Below, one piece after another: positions 1 to 13,547 of a stretch of DNA of 64,000 nt. Origin of the DNA: Selaginella moellendorffii (Eukaryota > Plantae > Lycopodiophyta); the NCBI RefSeq assembly GCF_000143415.4, contig NW_003314333.1:633207-697206 (forward strand), in the 5' to 3' direction. Made by a program: the position numbers and the translations under genes. The notes beneath the pieces were generated by a model. It searched no databases and was not told the DNA's origin. It saw only the letters and a list, made by a program, of their open reading frames with translations. How positions within the stretch are numbered: the first letter of the stretch is position 1; the number at the start of each line of letters is the position of its first letter.

Positions 1-2459
1 ATATAAATTGTATATAAGGAAGGGTTTAAACCCCATCCTTGGAGGGCAAACCTTTTTTGCAATGTTTTACTCTAGTGTTTGGGATTTTATTTTTGTTTTT
101 TATTCCTTTATTTCTCTTTTAAATCTAGATTTGTATTAATTTTTTTGTAAATTCTAGAATTCTTGCTATTGTTGTGTTTAGATTTGCTCTTCTTTTTACT
201 CTTCATTGCATTCCCTTCTTATGCCATACCACATTATTACCAATGAAAGAGTATGTCATTTGAGGCTATTGATGCTGCTTTATTAAATTAAGTTTTTAGT
301 GTTCTAGGGTGTGATTATATTGCTCTATATCAATAAAAAATGGTAAAACACTAAGAATATGATAAGTTGTGTAATTATATCTCACAAAAGTTGGAGACAA
401 CAACACACCAAGGATGGGTATAACACTATAATCGTAACATTGATTAACGAGATATAAATGATGCAATTTGGTTTTTGGAAAATGTTTGAAGATCGAGCTT
501 ATGAAAAGATGATGTGTATGAGCTTAAGTGAATTTCATATTGTAATGATGAGTTTGATTATTATAAAGATAGATTTGGAGATGAAATAGAGATTTTGTGG
601 GGTAAGTATTAATCTTTTAATTTACCATCAGATCCTTTTTCTTTACCTTCTCATCTTTCCCAACTATTTTTTTATTTTTCAGCTTGAACCACTTTTTCAT
701 ATTCTTAGTTGTAAGTCATAAATTTTTTAATCCAAAGTCCTTTAGCTTGGATAACTACTTAGACATGGTTTGAAAGTAGACTAAGTTTTGAGATAACATA
801 ATGTTTTAATTATAATTTTGCTTTTGTCAAAGCCTTGTAAGATTTAGATGAATAATTCTTTAATTTTTTCTTCACTAAAGCTAGCTTTAGTTCTTTTCAA
901 ACTGGAGTCAAAGACAATAGTTACAGACGACTAATTTTCCTACTTGTATATGCCTAAAACAATTATGACACACTTATGAAAAATATGTCCTCTAATACTT
1001 AAGTGAGAACTTGCTTAGAAGAAAAGACTTCTAGAGTAGTTAATTATGCTTTCCATATCAAACAAACTCCATTCTTTCTTCTTTTGGATTTTTCTCATAA
1101 AATTACTTGTAAAATAATTTAAACTTGAATTTCTTGGCAATATATACTGTATTTCAATTTCAAACTCATCCCATCTTTATAGCTTTGGTGACAGATAAAA
1201 ATTTTATTCACTTTTGGTGGCCATAGTGGGATAAGCTAGCACTCTAGCTTGAAAAATAACCAAGAGAAAATCATTTGTAAATTTCAAATGTGCTCAACAC
1301 TAAGAATTATAAATAGATCTTTTAAATGATTGCAGAGGCCCTGAAACCCAAACAACACTGAACAAAAGAGTTTTTTTTGCGATTACAGTGGCATAATGTT
1401 TAGATAACACAAGAAAGATAGTTTTCTGTATCTATACTTGCATTCTTGCCTTTACCTACAAAATAGTGACAAATAAACAAAAACAAGAACATAGAAGGAG
1501 AAAAAAAGAAAATAAAGAAAAGGAGAATAAAAGAGAACTCATCATTAAACCCTAAAGACATGAGTAAGGATAAGTATATATCACTATCTCAACTCTATTT
1601 TGCATAAACAATTATAAATGGGAGAAACATGGTTAATTCAATGCAAATTGTTTTTTAGCATAGTTAAGTATATAATTTTATAACCATTTCTAATTGCTTC
1701 ACATTTGTCTATAATGAGCATTGCTTAAGTCAAATCTTTCTTCTTTGAATGCCTAAGCTTAAGTGTAACTCCATTTCGCCTAAATTTCCTTCTTTACTTT
1801 ATTTGGGAAGATATACAAAATAAAACATTTACTTCTTCATTACACTAAGTAGGAGTTGGTACAATAGACAGAACCTTGGCAATAAAACTTAACTAAGGCC
1901 AAGGCAGTGGTTGTTAAATAAACAAGGTAAAACTGACAAATTACAAAAGTATCCCAAGTTTAAATTTTCTATGCATATTGCAAAAGCTTATGAAATTTGA
2001 ACAAGTCAAAAATTTGGAAGCAATTATCACAAACCACTTTAACCATTTGAACTATTTTACACTTAATACACATAGCCAAATTAATCAAAGCTCAAAATCT
2101 GTCATAAAGACTTGTATTAACCATAATCGCCCATTAGCAAAGAAGTTAAAGAGAAATTTGTCTTGAAAAACATTTTTTGTCTAGATAAGTGTTAACAAAT
2201 TAACTGATCAGATTCAACTTAGACACTCTTTATTAACTTAATTAAATTCATCTAAAGGATTGTTTCGACAATGTAGAAGCGTTGTAAGTATCAAGTTGTA
2301 AGTTGATATAAATACCTCTTACATGTTACCATTTGTCATTTTAGCATTTGGAACAATTAATTCTTCTTCTTCTCCTGCTGCTGCTGTTGCTGCTTTGTGA
2401 TCCCCTCTGCGCGATGGAATCCAGTCGCATTCTGACACGTGGCCAAAAAGTATATTCGC

Positions 2460-2975
2460 ATATATTCCCTGATGGACCGCTTCTGTGGAGCTTGTCCCAA
2501 TAGCCATCCGAAGTGTATAAATTCCTGCAAGAATCTGGCGTTTAGAGCCTACAACAATGCCGAATTGATCGAGTGACCATTATCAGGTTCTCCAGGCATT
2601 GGATTCAGACGAAAACAGACGCTCACAGAGCTGCAGAATAGCAGAAGTTTTTGTCAGTGTTGCCAGTTTTTGATAGCCTAAAGCGTGGACCAGACTCGAG
2701 TAGCTTCTCGAAATGCCTTGCTAGCCTGAGCTGGTGGTGCCTTACGTGTTCTCGCAGCTTGGTAGCACCATAGAGTCGCATGACGAGCCATAGCTTCAGG
2801 TTATTTGGTGTCATTAAAACAGAACACTCACCTTAGTTCTCAAGCACTCCGGTATCACAGAAAGAACTGAAGTTAAAAGCCTCGAATCCTGATAGGTGTG
2901 TCAATAGGACTCTCTAGCAAGCTCAGAATGATACCTTAACCCAAAGCGCTGAACAGTCAAAAGTTGATACCGTCA
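2460..2975 (-). pseudogene. Aromatic amino acid (tyrosine/tryptophan) decarboxylase C-terminal fragments
   Basis: Minus-strand peptides FDCSALWVK, LKLWLVMRLYG...LARHFEKLLESGPRF, VCFRLNP and GIYTLRMAIG..TEAVH match plant group II PLP decarboxylase motifs in the expected order. They are broken across frames and the N-terminal half is absent. Confidence 0.75.
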
Positions 2976-3568
2976 AGGACCACATTCTACCCAAGAATAT
3001 AGACGTTCTCACCTTTGCATGACTGTGCTCCAGGCTATCATCTTCAAATCGCATTAAAAGAAAGATCTGGACCAAAGTCCAGCTCCACCAAACTTGTGAA
3101 GCGGGCAGCAAAGCTTCTGCAGCATGAAAGGTCCAGCTCGGGTGCATAAACAGAAGCTATTTTCAGCTGTTTCTAGCATCTGGTAGCCCCCTTCTATTGA
3201 AAGACTTTGGCAAGACTTTAAAGCCACACACCGAATCTGGCTTCCTTCAGCGAGATTTCCAAAATCGCTGCGACCCAGCAACGCTTCGTTGTTCTTCGTC
3301 CTCCTCTTCAACCTCGTTTTCCAATCTAGGCCAGCCATGATCTGAAACAACTCAAGACTCAGAAACTGAAACAAGTTGACAGGAAGTTCCGATTTTCTGC
3401 TGGCAGCCTGGCACTCGGCGAGTATATTGACCAAGGCGTCCATTCGCTTCTTCACCTCGGCGTTGTGAGTGCTCGCCCACAACTTCGCAGTCGCACTGAG
3501 ATAATGACCTGCGCAGCAGAATTCATCCATAAGATTCACTCTGGAAACTAGCAGCTTTTATGATCGAT

Positions 3569-5790
3569 CAGGGCTGCCCCGGGCCCGGGATCGAACGACT
3601 GCGGGGGTTTGGGCCCTTTGTTCTTAAATGTCTGTTTGCAAATCTTTATATAAAATATATTTGGAATAATTGTACAGAATGTTTAAAAAATAAGGCACAA
3701 AAACTGCAATAAATAGCATAAGGAGAATGGTAATAAACCTACAAAATATTAAAGCTAAAATCATCAATGATTTAGATATAAAATTAACATTAAAATAATT
3801 GTAAAGGATATGTGTTTTTTGATATACTTCCACCTTGCCATCAACATAAGTGCAGCTAAAAGTGGAAATTTAGTGATTGGGATTAAAATCCCAATCCAAT
3901 TAACAATTCTGGAAATTATCAAAGAATGAGGTAAATTAGTAGTAACAAGAGATTGGGTTGTATGCCTAAGCATAATAGCTCTAGCTTCACCAATGTAAAA
4001 ACCTAGTATAAATTTAGTGTTAATATAAGGAGGAATAAAATTAAATAAAAAGGGTGAATAAACAATGCCATCCAAATTTCTTTATTATATAGAAATATTT
4101 ATAGTATTTTACCTATATTAATTATTTCTAAAATGGTCTTGTGGACTCTCTTTGATTTCCCAATGGATGAATAAATGCTAGGAAACACTGGAGTGCTCCA
4201 AAAGTAAGAAAACAAATTCTAAATACTTTAAGGATTTCACTTAATTTTAGTACTATTGATATATGATGAAATCCTGTTTCTTTTGCACTTAAAAAATAAT
4301 AAATTAAAAACAGATTAAAGGGTAAATATAAATATGATGTACTTATGGATAGCACACATCCCATAACAATAATTAATGATAAGTTGCAAGGAAAGAAAAA
4401 AATGACATGATAGTCAAATGCTGCCATGTCATTAGCAATATAATAAAAAATCCTATCAAAATAGCAATATCACGACCTTGGAAAATGTTGAAGTGGAGGT
4501 GTATAAAGTGGGGCATTGCAATTTCTGACATGTCATTAATGGATATAAAAAATCCCACTAAAGTTTCAAATATCTCTAGATAAAACAAAGTAGTGATGAC
4601 ATAATGTCTCTAATGTGGGAAGGTCTGCTTTGCTAATGTCATGTAAAAATTTGCACTACTAGATTCTATACATTTGAACATAAGGAGGGTGGCATTTCAA
4701 TATCATCATTGCTAGTATTATTTTCCATATATTTGAAATGAATGTGCTTGTGGTGCTCTACTATCCTTAGCCCAGATGGATTATGTTTAAAATTATGATA
4801 TTGCTATTTTGATAGCATTTTTTATTATATTGCCAATGATGTGATAACATTTAACTATCATGTCATTATTTTCTTTCCTTTGCAACTTGTCATTAATTAT
4901 TGTTATGGGATGTGTGCTATCCATAAGTACATCATATTTATATTTTCCCTTTAATCTGTTTTTAATCTATTATTTTTTAGGTGCAGAAGAAATAGGATTT
5001 CATCATATACCAATAGTACTAAAATTAAGTGAAATCCTTAGAGCATTTAAAAATTTTTCTTTTACTTTTGGAGCTACTCTAGTGTTTCCTAGCATTTATT
5101 CATCCATTGGGAAATCAAAGAGAGTCCACAGGACCATTTTAGAAATAATAATATAGGTAAAATACTATAAATATTTCTATATAATAAAGAAATTTGGATG
5201 GCATTGTTTATTCACCCTTTTTATTTAATTTTGTTCCTCCTTATATTAACACTAAGTTTATACTAGGTTGAGTTTTATACTTGCAATTAGAATTTATATA
5301 ATACTTGGTGAAGCTAGAGCTATTATGTTTGGGCATACAACCCAATCTCTTGTTACTACTAATTTACCTCATTCTTTGGTAGTTTCTAAAATTGCTAATT
5401 GGATTGGGATTTTAATCCCAATCACTAAATTTCCGCTTTTAGCTGCACCTATGTTGATTGACATGGCAAGGTGGAAGTATATCAAAAAACACATATCTTT
5501 ACAATTATTCTAAGGTTAATTTTATATCTAAATCATTGATGATTTTAACTTTAATATTTTGTAGGTTTATTACTATTCTCCTCATGCTACTTATTGCAGT
5601 TTTTGTGCCTTATTTTTTTAACATGATCGAGTTAGTATGGTCATCCTTAACTATTGCTCTTTGCACAATTATTCCAAACATATTTTACATGAAGATTTGC
5701 AAATGGACATTTCAAGAAAGCATCTATAATAATAAGAACAAAGGGCCCAGACCCCCGCAGCCGTCCGATCCCGGGCCTAGGGCAGCCCTG
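3569..5790. mobile_element. Foldback/long inverted-repeat element with hAT-like termini, non-autonomous
   Basis: Starts CAGGGCTGCCC (3569) and ends GGGCAGCCCTG (5790). Arms ~3569-4472 and ~4796-5790 are imperfect reverse complements around a ~320-bp spacer. No 8-bp TSD seen. Confidence 0.75.
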
Positions 5791-6135
5791 CTTATGTTTT
5801 GCTTTTAACATTGTGGCTGGGCTTTCTGGGATGAACAGAGGGCTGCGTCTATTGTTCAATCACTCCATAGCAATGCCTTGCTGCTGCTGATGATGATGAT
5901 GAAGATGGTTATGGTGTTCGCTGTGAAATAGATTTGGGCTAAACAGATAATGGTGTTGCTGAATTCAGCTATGCCAAGCTCATGTACCTCAAGTTCATGG
6001 CCATTCCTTGCCCCTGCGGAAAGTCCAGATCGATGCGGCACCTTAATCCAGGCAGCAATAGAATCTTTGGAGGAACTAGTACCCATTGCATCAAGCAGCA
6101 GTAGATCTAATCAACTGCCCAGCAGCCCCAGCTCC

Positions 6136-6460
6136 ATGGATCCCTACGAAGTGATGCAGCTAGTGTTCACCAGAGTTCAAGCTCAGGATCCGGATTCTGG
6201 AAAGTGGCTCCAATATCATGGGCTACTTGTTGCTGGACTGAAGCAAGTAGGAAATGGCTCAATTGGCAGTGAACTCCGATGCGCTGCTTCAATCCAGAGT
6301 CAAGACCAAACTCTGATCCTCATGCTCAATGTGGGTAATATGGCATATAGCTTCTACAACACTTCTAGACTCCCCAGTGCCTTATGGATGCTGGGAAGCT
6401 CCAAATCAAGAACTCAAGGGGCACTTTCTTGATATGTCTATTGTAAGTACTGCCATTCCT
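6136..6460 (+). pseudogene. N-terminal fragment of a C3H46/53-like CCCH zinc-finger/RRM protein
   Basis: MDPYEVMQLVFTRVQAQDP, then after a frameshift SNIMGYLLLD*SK*EMAQLAVNSDALLQ. This resembles the family N-terminus (MDxYEATRIVFSRIQxLDPENASKIMGxLL...EMIRLA). Stops and frameshifts present. Confidence 0.6.
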
Positions 6461-7672
6461 TTTGTTTCTTGATCATCCTTGGTATAGAACTGCTAGAACT
6501 TCTCATTGATCATAAAAGCTACTAGTTTCCAGAGTGAATCTTATGGATGAATTCTACACAGCCCAAAGGGCATCACTAGAAACTCAATGCTTCCATACTT
6601 TGTTTGATAAGTTGTCTTCTCGACATCTTCTTCTACTACTTTGATCTAGTAGTATTTTGACCTTACATCAATCCTCGATAAGTATTTCACTTTTCCCAAC
6701 ATATCAAATAAGTCCTCAATCCTTGATAAAGGGTACTTATTCTTGTTTATATATTTGTTGAGCAACTCATAGTCTATACACATGCACATAAATCCATTTT
6801 TCTTTGTTACAAATAACATCAGTGCTTTATATAATGACTTGCTCAACTTAAGATACCATTTATCCACCAACTCCTCAAATTGGCACTTGAGCTCCTCAAG
6901 TTCCTTTTAATTCAACTGATAGGGGGATGAACCACTGCTTTAACACCCTCGACCAGCATTCTATTGGTCGTATAAGGGGTAATCCTGCCGGTAGTTCCTT
7001 CGGTATGGTATTTTGAAATTGGTTTAACACCTGCTGGATCACTAAAGGTATTTTTTTTGTTCCCATCTTTTTATCACTCCCCACTAAGAGTAAATACAAA
7101 AATGCAACCTTAGTTCTTTTAATGAGTTGTCCTTTCATGAACACTAGGTTTAAGCAAGAGTCTCTGGCCTTACATTGCTCTACCTTTAGATCTTGGGCTT
7201 CCACCTTTGATCATTTTCCCACCAAGTTTTTACCTTGTCCATGTAGGGCATAAATTAATTGAACCAATCCATCCCAAATATTATATCAAATTCTATCATA
7301 TCCAATATAGTGAAATCCATGTCTACTTTCCATGTCCCTACTTCAACTCTTCCTTGTTAAAATACTTCATCGGCACTTTGGCTATCTTGAACAAACTTTA
7401 TAGTCCTTGGCCAGCCATTGCACCGTTGTCTGGTTTGCCAAACTATATTTGTAACCACAAAATTATGCAAAACACTCGTGTTAATAAGGATCTTGATAAA
7501 GCTACTTTCGAGCTTCCCTCAGAGGGTTAGTAAATGTCGTAAATGACTCTTTACCAAAGTTGTTCATATAATGGGTAACCTTGAGTTAGGGACTAGATCA
7601 TGTACCTCAGTTTGAATTTCACCAGACTTAATAATCATATTGACTCTTGCCTTCTTCAGGTAAGGACATTCT

Positions 7673-9500
7673 TGTAAGCGACTAAATTTTCCATTCTACT
7701 TTAGTCATTTAACCACACCTCCGACCACTTGGAAGAGTCTCATTCACAACCTCCATAAGTCCAATTTAGAACTTGGGACTTGCTAGCCCCAAGAATGGCA
7801 TCCATGCCACTCAACCTTTGCACCTGGTCCAAATGCTCCACATGTCCGATCCCATGATTGACACTCAAAGGTACCACCGACATAGCAGCCTGTTACACTA
7901 AGGCCATGTCCAATCACCTTTACCGCACTGGTAGTCCAATACCACTTGCAACACAGTCTTGTCTCTTCAAGACTGGGCCAACCATCCGTGAATGGTCATC
8001 TCAGATCCACTCCTTAGCATCCTTAGGATGCCCACTGACAAGGGGAACAACCTTCCCCAATATCCCTCTGTCCGTCCCCACTAAGTCCCTTTTTGCCCTT
8101 GGCCGTGTTTGCCAACACTGCCACTGGGTCGAGGCCCACAAGCCTGACCACTAAGTCCCATGGTCCTCTGGGACTTCCTCACCACGTGACCGTATCCTTG
8201 GCCACCACACCAAAGAACTGCTCCTTTTCCTTTCCACAGTCTGGGACTTTGGGACAACACTTCAAAATACCGTGGCCTTACATAAGCCACCTGGGTACTC
8301 TCCCCGCCTTCCACCTTTGGGTGCTCTAGCCATGGGCTTAGAGCGAGGTTCCGTTGAGCCACGCTTGGTATCCAAGTAGGTAGTGCCACCCACACTTGGA
8401 CTGGGAGTATCGGCTAGTCGATCTCCCGGGGGAACTAGAGCTGGCTCTTGAACATTTCACCAAGCTACCTCGCTTGTCGGTCCGTATTCACTCTAGTCTT
8501 GGACTTCCCAGTGGTCAGTTCATCACCCAACACTGGATCTGGCCTTTCCTGGCCAAACTGGCTCCATTGCAGTCCTCCCCCTTACTATACTTTTGGAGCT
8601 CACCAAACCCCCCAGGGTCTGGGAGACGAATGCTTTGGGCTTTCACCCTCTCAGACTCGAACTCGGACTCGGACTTGGACTCGGACTAGGACTCGGACTC
8701 GGGCTCAAGCTCAGTCTCGGCCTCGGCCTTGGTCTCGGTCTCGGTCCCGGTCTCGGTCTCGACCTCGAACTCCATCTCGGGTCCTTCTCGGACTCCATCT
8801 TGGATTCCATCTCGGGTCCATCTCGGACTCCATCTCGGGCTCTGTCTCGGACTCCATCTCGGACTCCATCTCGGGTCCATCTCGGACTCCATCTCGGGTC
8901 CATCTCGGACTCCATCTCGGGTCCATCTCGGGTCCATCTCGGACTCCATCTCAGACTCCATCTCGGGTCCATCTCGGACTCCATCTCGGGTCCATCTCGA
9001 ACTCCATCTCGGGTCCATCTCGGACTCCATCTCGGGTCCATCTCAGACTCCATCTCAGACTCCATCTCGGACTCCATCTCAGACTCCGTCTCAGTCCATC
9101 TCGGACTCCATCTCGGGTCCATCTCGGACTCCATCTTGAGTCCATCTCGGACTCCATCTCGGGTCCATCTCAGACTCCATCTCAGACTCCGTCTCGGTCC
9201 ATCTTGAACTCCATCTCGGACTCCATCTCGGGTCCATCTCGGACTCCATCTCGGGTCCATCTCGAACACTTCCACGTGTCATGTGTTGGTCCTTTTTGGG
9301 TCCTTTTTTGGAGCCTTGCTTATTGGTTGCCTCGTGCTCGCTCCTTGAGCACTTTGTTGGGAGTTCCACTCCCGCTCTCGACCTTCCAAGTCGGAGCTTT
9401 TGATCCAAATGTGTTATGCTCATTTGGCTTTTGCTTCAGCCACTACCATGTGGCACCCTTTCCGGCTCCACTTTGGGGCCTAGGGATTTTGTGTCTCACA
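7673..9500 (-). repeat. 3' LTR of element B
   Basis: Direct repeat of 21044-22589. It carries a longer minisatellite. Confidence 0.9.
8650..9270. repeat. LTR-internal minisatellite (TCCATCTCGG-based ~11-12-nt units preceded by 6-nt CTCGGW units)
   Basis: Dozens of tandem units, with a shorter copy at ~22040-22355. Related arrays occur in the LTRs of C (~12400-12670, ~18810-19080) and A (~24570-24870). Confidence 0.9.
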
Positions 9501-11579
9501 ACTCCACCACCCATAGACGAAGTTCGATGTCCTCATCAAACGGTAAACCATTTTATAAAGTAACACCCGCATGTGTTACCATTTCCATCCTTGGCACCTA
9601 GCCTATATTTGTCAATGGTGTGATATTGAAGGCTCACTATGCCTTCTCCATATTCGTCAATGGTTTGACACCAAAAGCTCACCATGCCTTGCCTATCCTC
9701 TAAGGAGCATAGTCTTTCCAACATGAAGACTTATTCAACCACCTGGGGTGGTTTACTCCCTTTTATTGGTTTAGTTCTTGCTAAACCTATTAAAGACATC
9801 TTCTCTAACTCAATTCTCACTACTCCTACTCAAGTGGTCTCAGTTCCCATCGATATAACTTTTGCACTTTGGAACTTTTAATTTTGACTTCCTAAAGTCA
9901 ATTTCCTAGGTGTCTCCAACACCTTGCTTTGCACCTTTTGTGCAACTCCGCTTCCCCATCCTAGGAAGTTCTCTACTCAAGGGCACCATCATCCTCTTTT
10001 CTATTTTGTGCCACCATTGGCACTATGTTCCCATTATCATTATTTATGCCACGACCCTACCCTTTGGCTACTTTGCCGCTCCTCACTTGGAGCTTTTATT
10101 TCGCCAAATTGGAGCACTTGGGAATCTATCCTTGGAAGTCCACTTCCCTTCCCACAATCCGTTAGCACCCAACATGTTAGTGTTCTCTGCCTAACTTTGC
10201 CATTTGGTTTCTTTCCCATGATTCCCATGGCTCTTTTCTTAGCCACTAGTCTTTTGCTCCTATCCTTGATTGTTACACCTAACAACATTGGATCACTACC
10301 TCCATTCTTGAGGTATCCTTTTGATTCTATAGCAAAGATTTTGCTTTGCCAAGTCCAAAGGGTGTTCACCCTTAGTACGTTTCTTTAACATTTCCTGTTG
10401 TGGGCTCTATCCACGGCCCAATTTTTGAGACCCTCCTTGGATCTTTTATAAGGACTACTTTCCTCAAACTTACTATGCCATAGCAGTGACATAGCTCATT
10501 TCCTATAGGTGCTCTTTCCACTTGGTCATCTTGACCAAGCCACACCATTATCAATAGTTCAAATCAACACTTTGAACTAGGAATCATATCCCTTAACCTA
10601 AACAAAGACCTTATCCTTGTTTAGCCACAAGATCACCTAGTGATCTCATCTTGACCCCTTAATAAGTCTACCAATAGAGACTAGATCTTCCAGACCCTTC
10701 TAAGTTGTTGACTATGACCCCGGGGGCATCCCCCACACTTGGCAGTGTGCCCAAGCCAGCCCTTCTGACCAAGGATCCATAGCAACTGAGACTGAGTGTC
10801 CCCATCTCATTCACCACGTCCTTGGTGCCCTTTGCACTAAAGTGTTCAAGTTAGATATGCCGAGCTTTCACTCTAAGCAATCTAACCGTGTATCACGACT
10901 CTGGGGCATCCCCCGCTTGGCAGTGTGCCCAAGCCAATGTCCTCGACTCTCCACGCCGGTGCACCAACTTATAGTTAAAGTGCGCTATAGATCACAGCTT
11001 AGGAGCCTAGTTCCCCCGCACTGCCAAGTCCTCTCACTTGACAAGTCTATGATCATGCATGGACTCCTCCATGTTCGGCCCCATGGGCCACCCTTTTTGA
11101 AGTTAGCACCTTCAACTAGGGTATTTGTTCCCCCGACTTGCCACTCTCGCTTGGCAAGTCCTTCGACCACTATAACATGGTTTCTGCATAAGCGTGAAAG
11201 TCCTTGACCATCGACTTTCATTCAAAGCCTTCTTTTTGAACACTCAGGAACTACTTCCCTAACCTTGATAGCCTTGCCTCATGGCAAGCTTCAAGACCAC
11301 GTTTCTGCTGTCCCACTTTGATTTCGCGCGTTCCATGAACCATTTACACTTGGCCTTTCTAGGTACTAAGCTACCTAGAATCGTCTTTGGGAACTTTGAA
11401 GGAACTTTGTCCCTTAGCTTGCTAAGGCCTCCCTTTACATAAGCTTTCTAGTTGCCATATAGTCTAATATGGACAACTCCATATTTTAGACTCTCCATGG
11501 CATCACAGTTGCTAGCAACAACACCCTCGAGCCCCCACTTGATTCTCCACTCCCAGTTAGCATAACCAACCTTGGTTAT

Positions 11580-12762
11580 TGTAAGCCACAAATTTTTCCT
11601 TTCCAATTTGCCAGCTTACCTCGTCTATCCGACCAACTCTGCCTTGGCTTGTGCTAAGTTCCCTCGCCAAGGTTCTCGCCTATGGTACCAACTCCTACTT
11701 GGTCCTACTTGGTTTTAGCTACTCACTGCACGAGCAATGGAGTGTTAGCCATCCATCTACGGATTCCCAAATCTCTCCCAATCCCCCTCCCCGGGTTAGA
11801 CTGGACTTAAGGTTCGGCTACACTCCCCGCAGGCACAAGCAGCCAAGCACACCAAGCCTCCAGATTCCTAACACCCCTTGGTACCACAAGACTTGATCAT
11901 GGGACCCTCTAAATCCCAAGTCTTGGGTGCAGCACTTGCTTCGGGACGTCGGGGCGAAACACCGTGGCCTAACGGCCCGGTATGAGTACCTCTACCCCCC
12001 CTCTTCCATCCCGAAGGGAAGGCCCAAGCCCCCGGAAGGGCGAGGACCAATGAGCCACAAGGTACTCAAGTGGGGCACCACTCCACCTGAGCCGGGAGCA
12101 CCGCAGTCGGTTTCCCTTTCGGGAGTGGGAGCTGCTCTTGAGCACTTCCTTGGATGGCCCCTCCGGCACCAGCCAAGTCCATGCTCACTCCCACCCAAGG
12201 CCCCTCGGTCCCAGTCTCAACCTCAAGTCGGTTTGGAAGCCCAACTGGAGAGTCCCTTCAAAACTGGTTCCTGGACCTCACTATCCCTACTATACTTTTG
12301 GAACCCCCTGCAGCCCCCCCCCCCCCCCCCCCCCCCCTGGGAGACGCACGCTTTGGGCTTTCACCCCTTGACCCATATTAGTATTTGGACTTAGTCTCTG
12401 GCTCGATCTCGGACCCAATTTCGGATCCGACTTCGGATTCGGTCTCGGACTCGATCTCGGACTCGATCTCGGACCCGATCTCGGACCCGACCTCAGACTC
12501 GACCTCGGACTCGGTCTCGGACCCGATTTCGGATCTCGGACTCCGTCTCGAACTCGGTCTCGAACTCGGACTCGAACTCGGACTCGAACTCGGTCCCCGA
12601 GTTGGTCTCGGACTCGATTCCGGACTCTATCTCGAACTTGGTCTTAGAGTCGGTCTTGGACTCGATCCTCGACTTGGTCCCATCCGATGAACTCTTTGTC
12701 ATTTCTGTCAAGCTTTTGGGGATCCTTTAGCCTACGACATCTCGGGGAGTCGGTTCCTTACA
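11580..12762 (-). repeat. 3' LTR of element C
   Basis: Direct repeat of 17997-19173. Confidence 0.95.
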
Positions 12763-13547
12763 ACTCTACCACCCATAGAAGAAGTTCGATGCCCACATCG
12801 AACGTCTTGTTTTATCCTATGACTTGTTGACCATGTCTCCGGGGGCATCCCCCCACTTAGCGGTGTGCCTAAGTTAGCCTCCCCGGCCAAGAGCCCATGA
12901 CAACGGAATATAGGTGTCCCTATACTCCTCACCTCACCACGCCCTAGTATGGGGTCGGGACTTGAACCCAGCCTTGCTTTACTAGGGGGTTGGGACTCGA
13001 ACCCAACCTCCGTAGAATACGTCTACGGATTCGACATCCCCGCGGGGAGTCGGGCGTAGTGCCCTACGCCTGGTCGACCTATCCAACCCATGCTAATTAG
13101 CTTACCTTTGGCACGCCTTCGGGTCCCAACATATGCCATTTGCTCAACTTTGCAAATTGATATTTTTAATTGAATTTTGCATAAGTACATAGAGTTCTGC
13201 CTTGCAGAAATTTCTCCACTAGATCTCGCGCGTTCGCTAGGTTCTCCTCCGGTTCCCATGTTGCTTCGCAGTGTGGAAATCCTTTCCACTTCACATGGAA
13301 CTCTCTCACCTCGTGTCCTTGTCGCTTGCTCTTGCGCGCATTGAGGATGGCCTCGACTTCGTATTCCTCTTCCCCTTGGATAACCTCAGGTAAAGGTCTC
13401 ACTTGGTCCTTGCGAAGCGGATCCTCAAAGTACGGCTTGAGTAAGTTCACGTAGAACACTGGGTGCATCTTCCCCATCTCTCGAGGAAGTCGGAGTCGGT
13501 AAGCCATTTTACCGATTCGTGCCTCAATCTCGTAAGGCCCCGCGAAC

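Noticed and set aside
1-2300. AT-rich, CpG-depleted DNA (also 24960-26390 and 62650-64000) as genes or named TEs
   Set aside because: Probably ancient TE debris, but I found no motif, terminus or TSD to support a call.
3624-5808. Hydrophobic ORFs resembling mitochondrial or membrane proteins
   Set aside because: They lie in AT-rich inverted-repeat arms, are frameshifted between arms, and show no recognisable family motif.
8448-9563. Long overlapping ORFs on both strands (RS-, SD- and LGLH-repeat peptides), also at 12385-12711, 18796-19122, 21767-22625 and 24562-24889
   Set aside because: They result from stop-free LTR minisatellites. The repeats lack unique spacers, so this is not a CRISPR array either.
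12951-13050. tRNA gene
   Set aside because: Only T-arm-like hairpins are present, with no acceptor stem, D-arm or anticodon arm.
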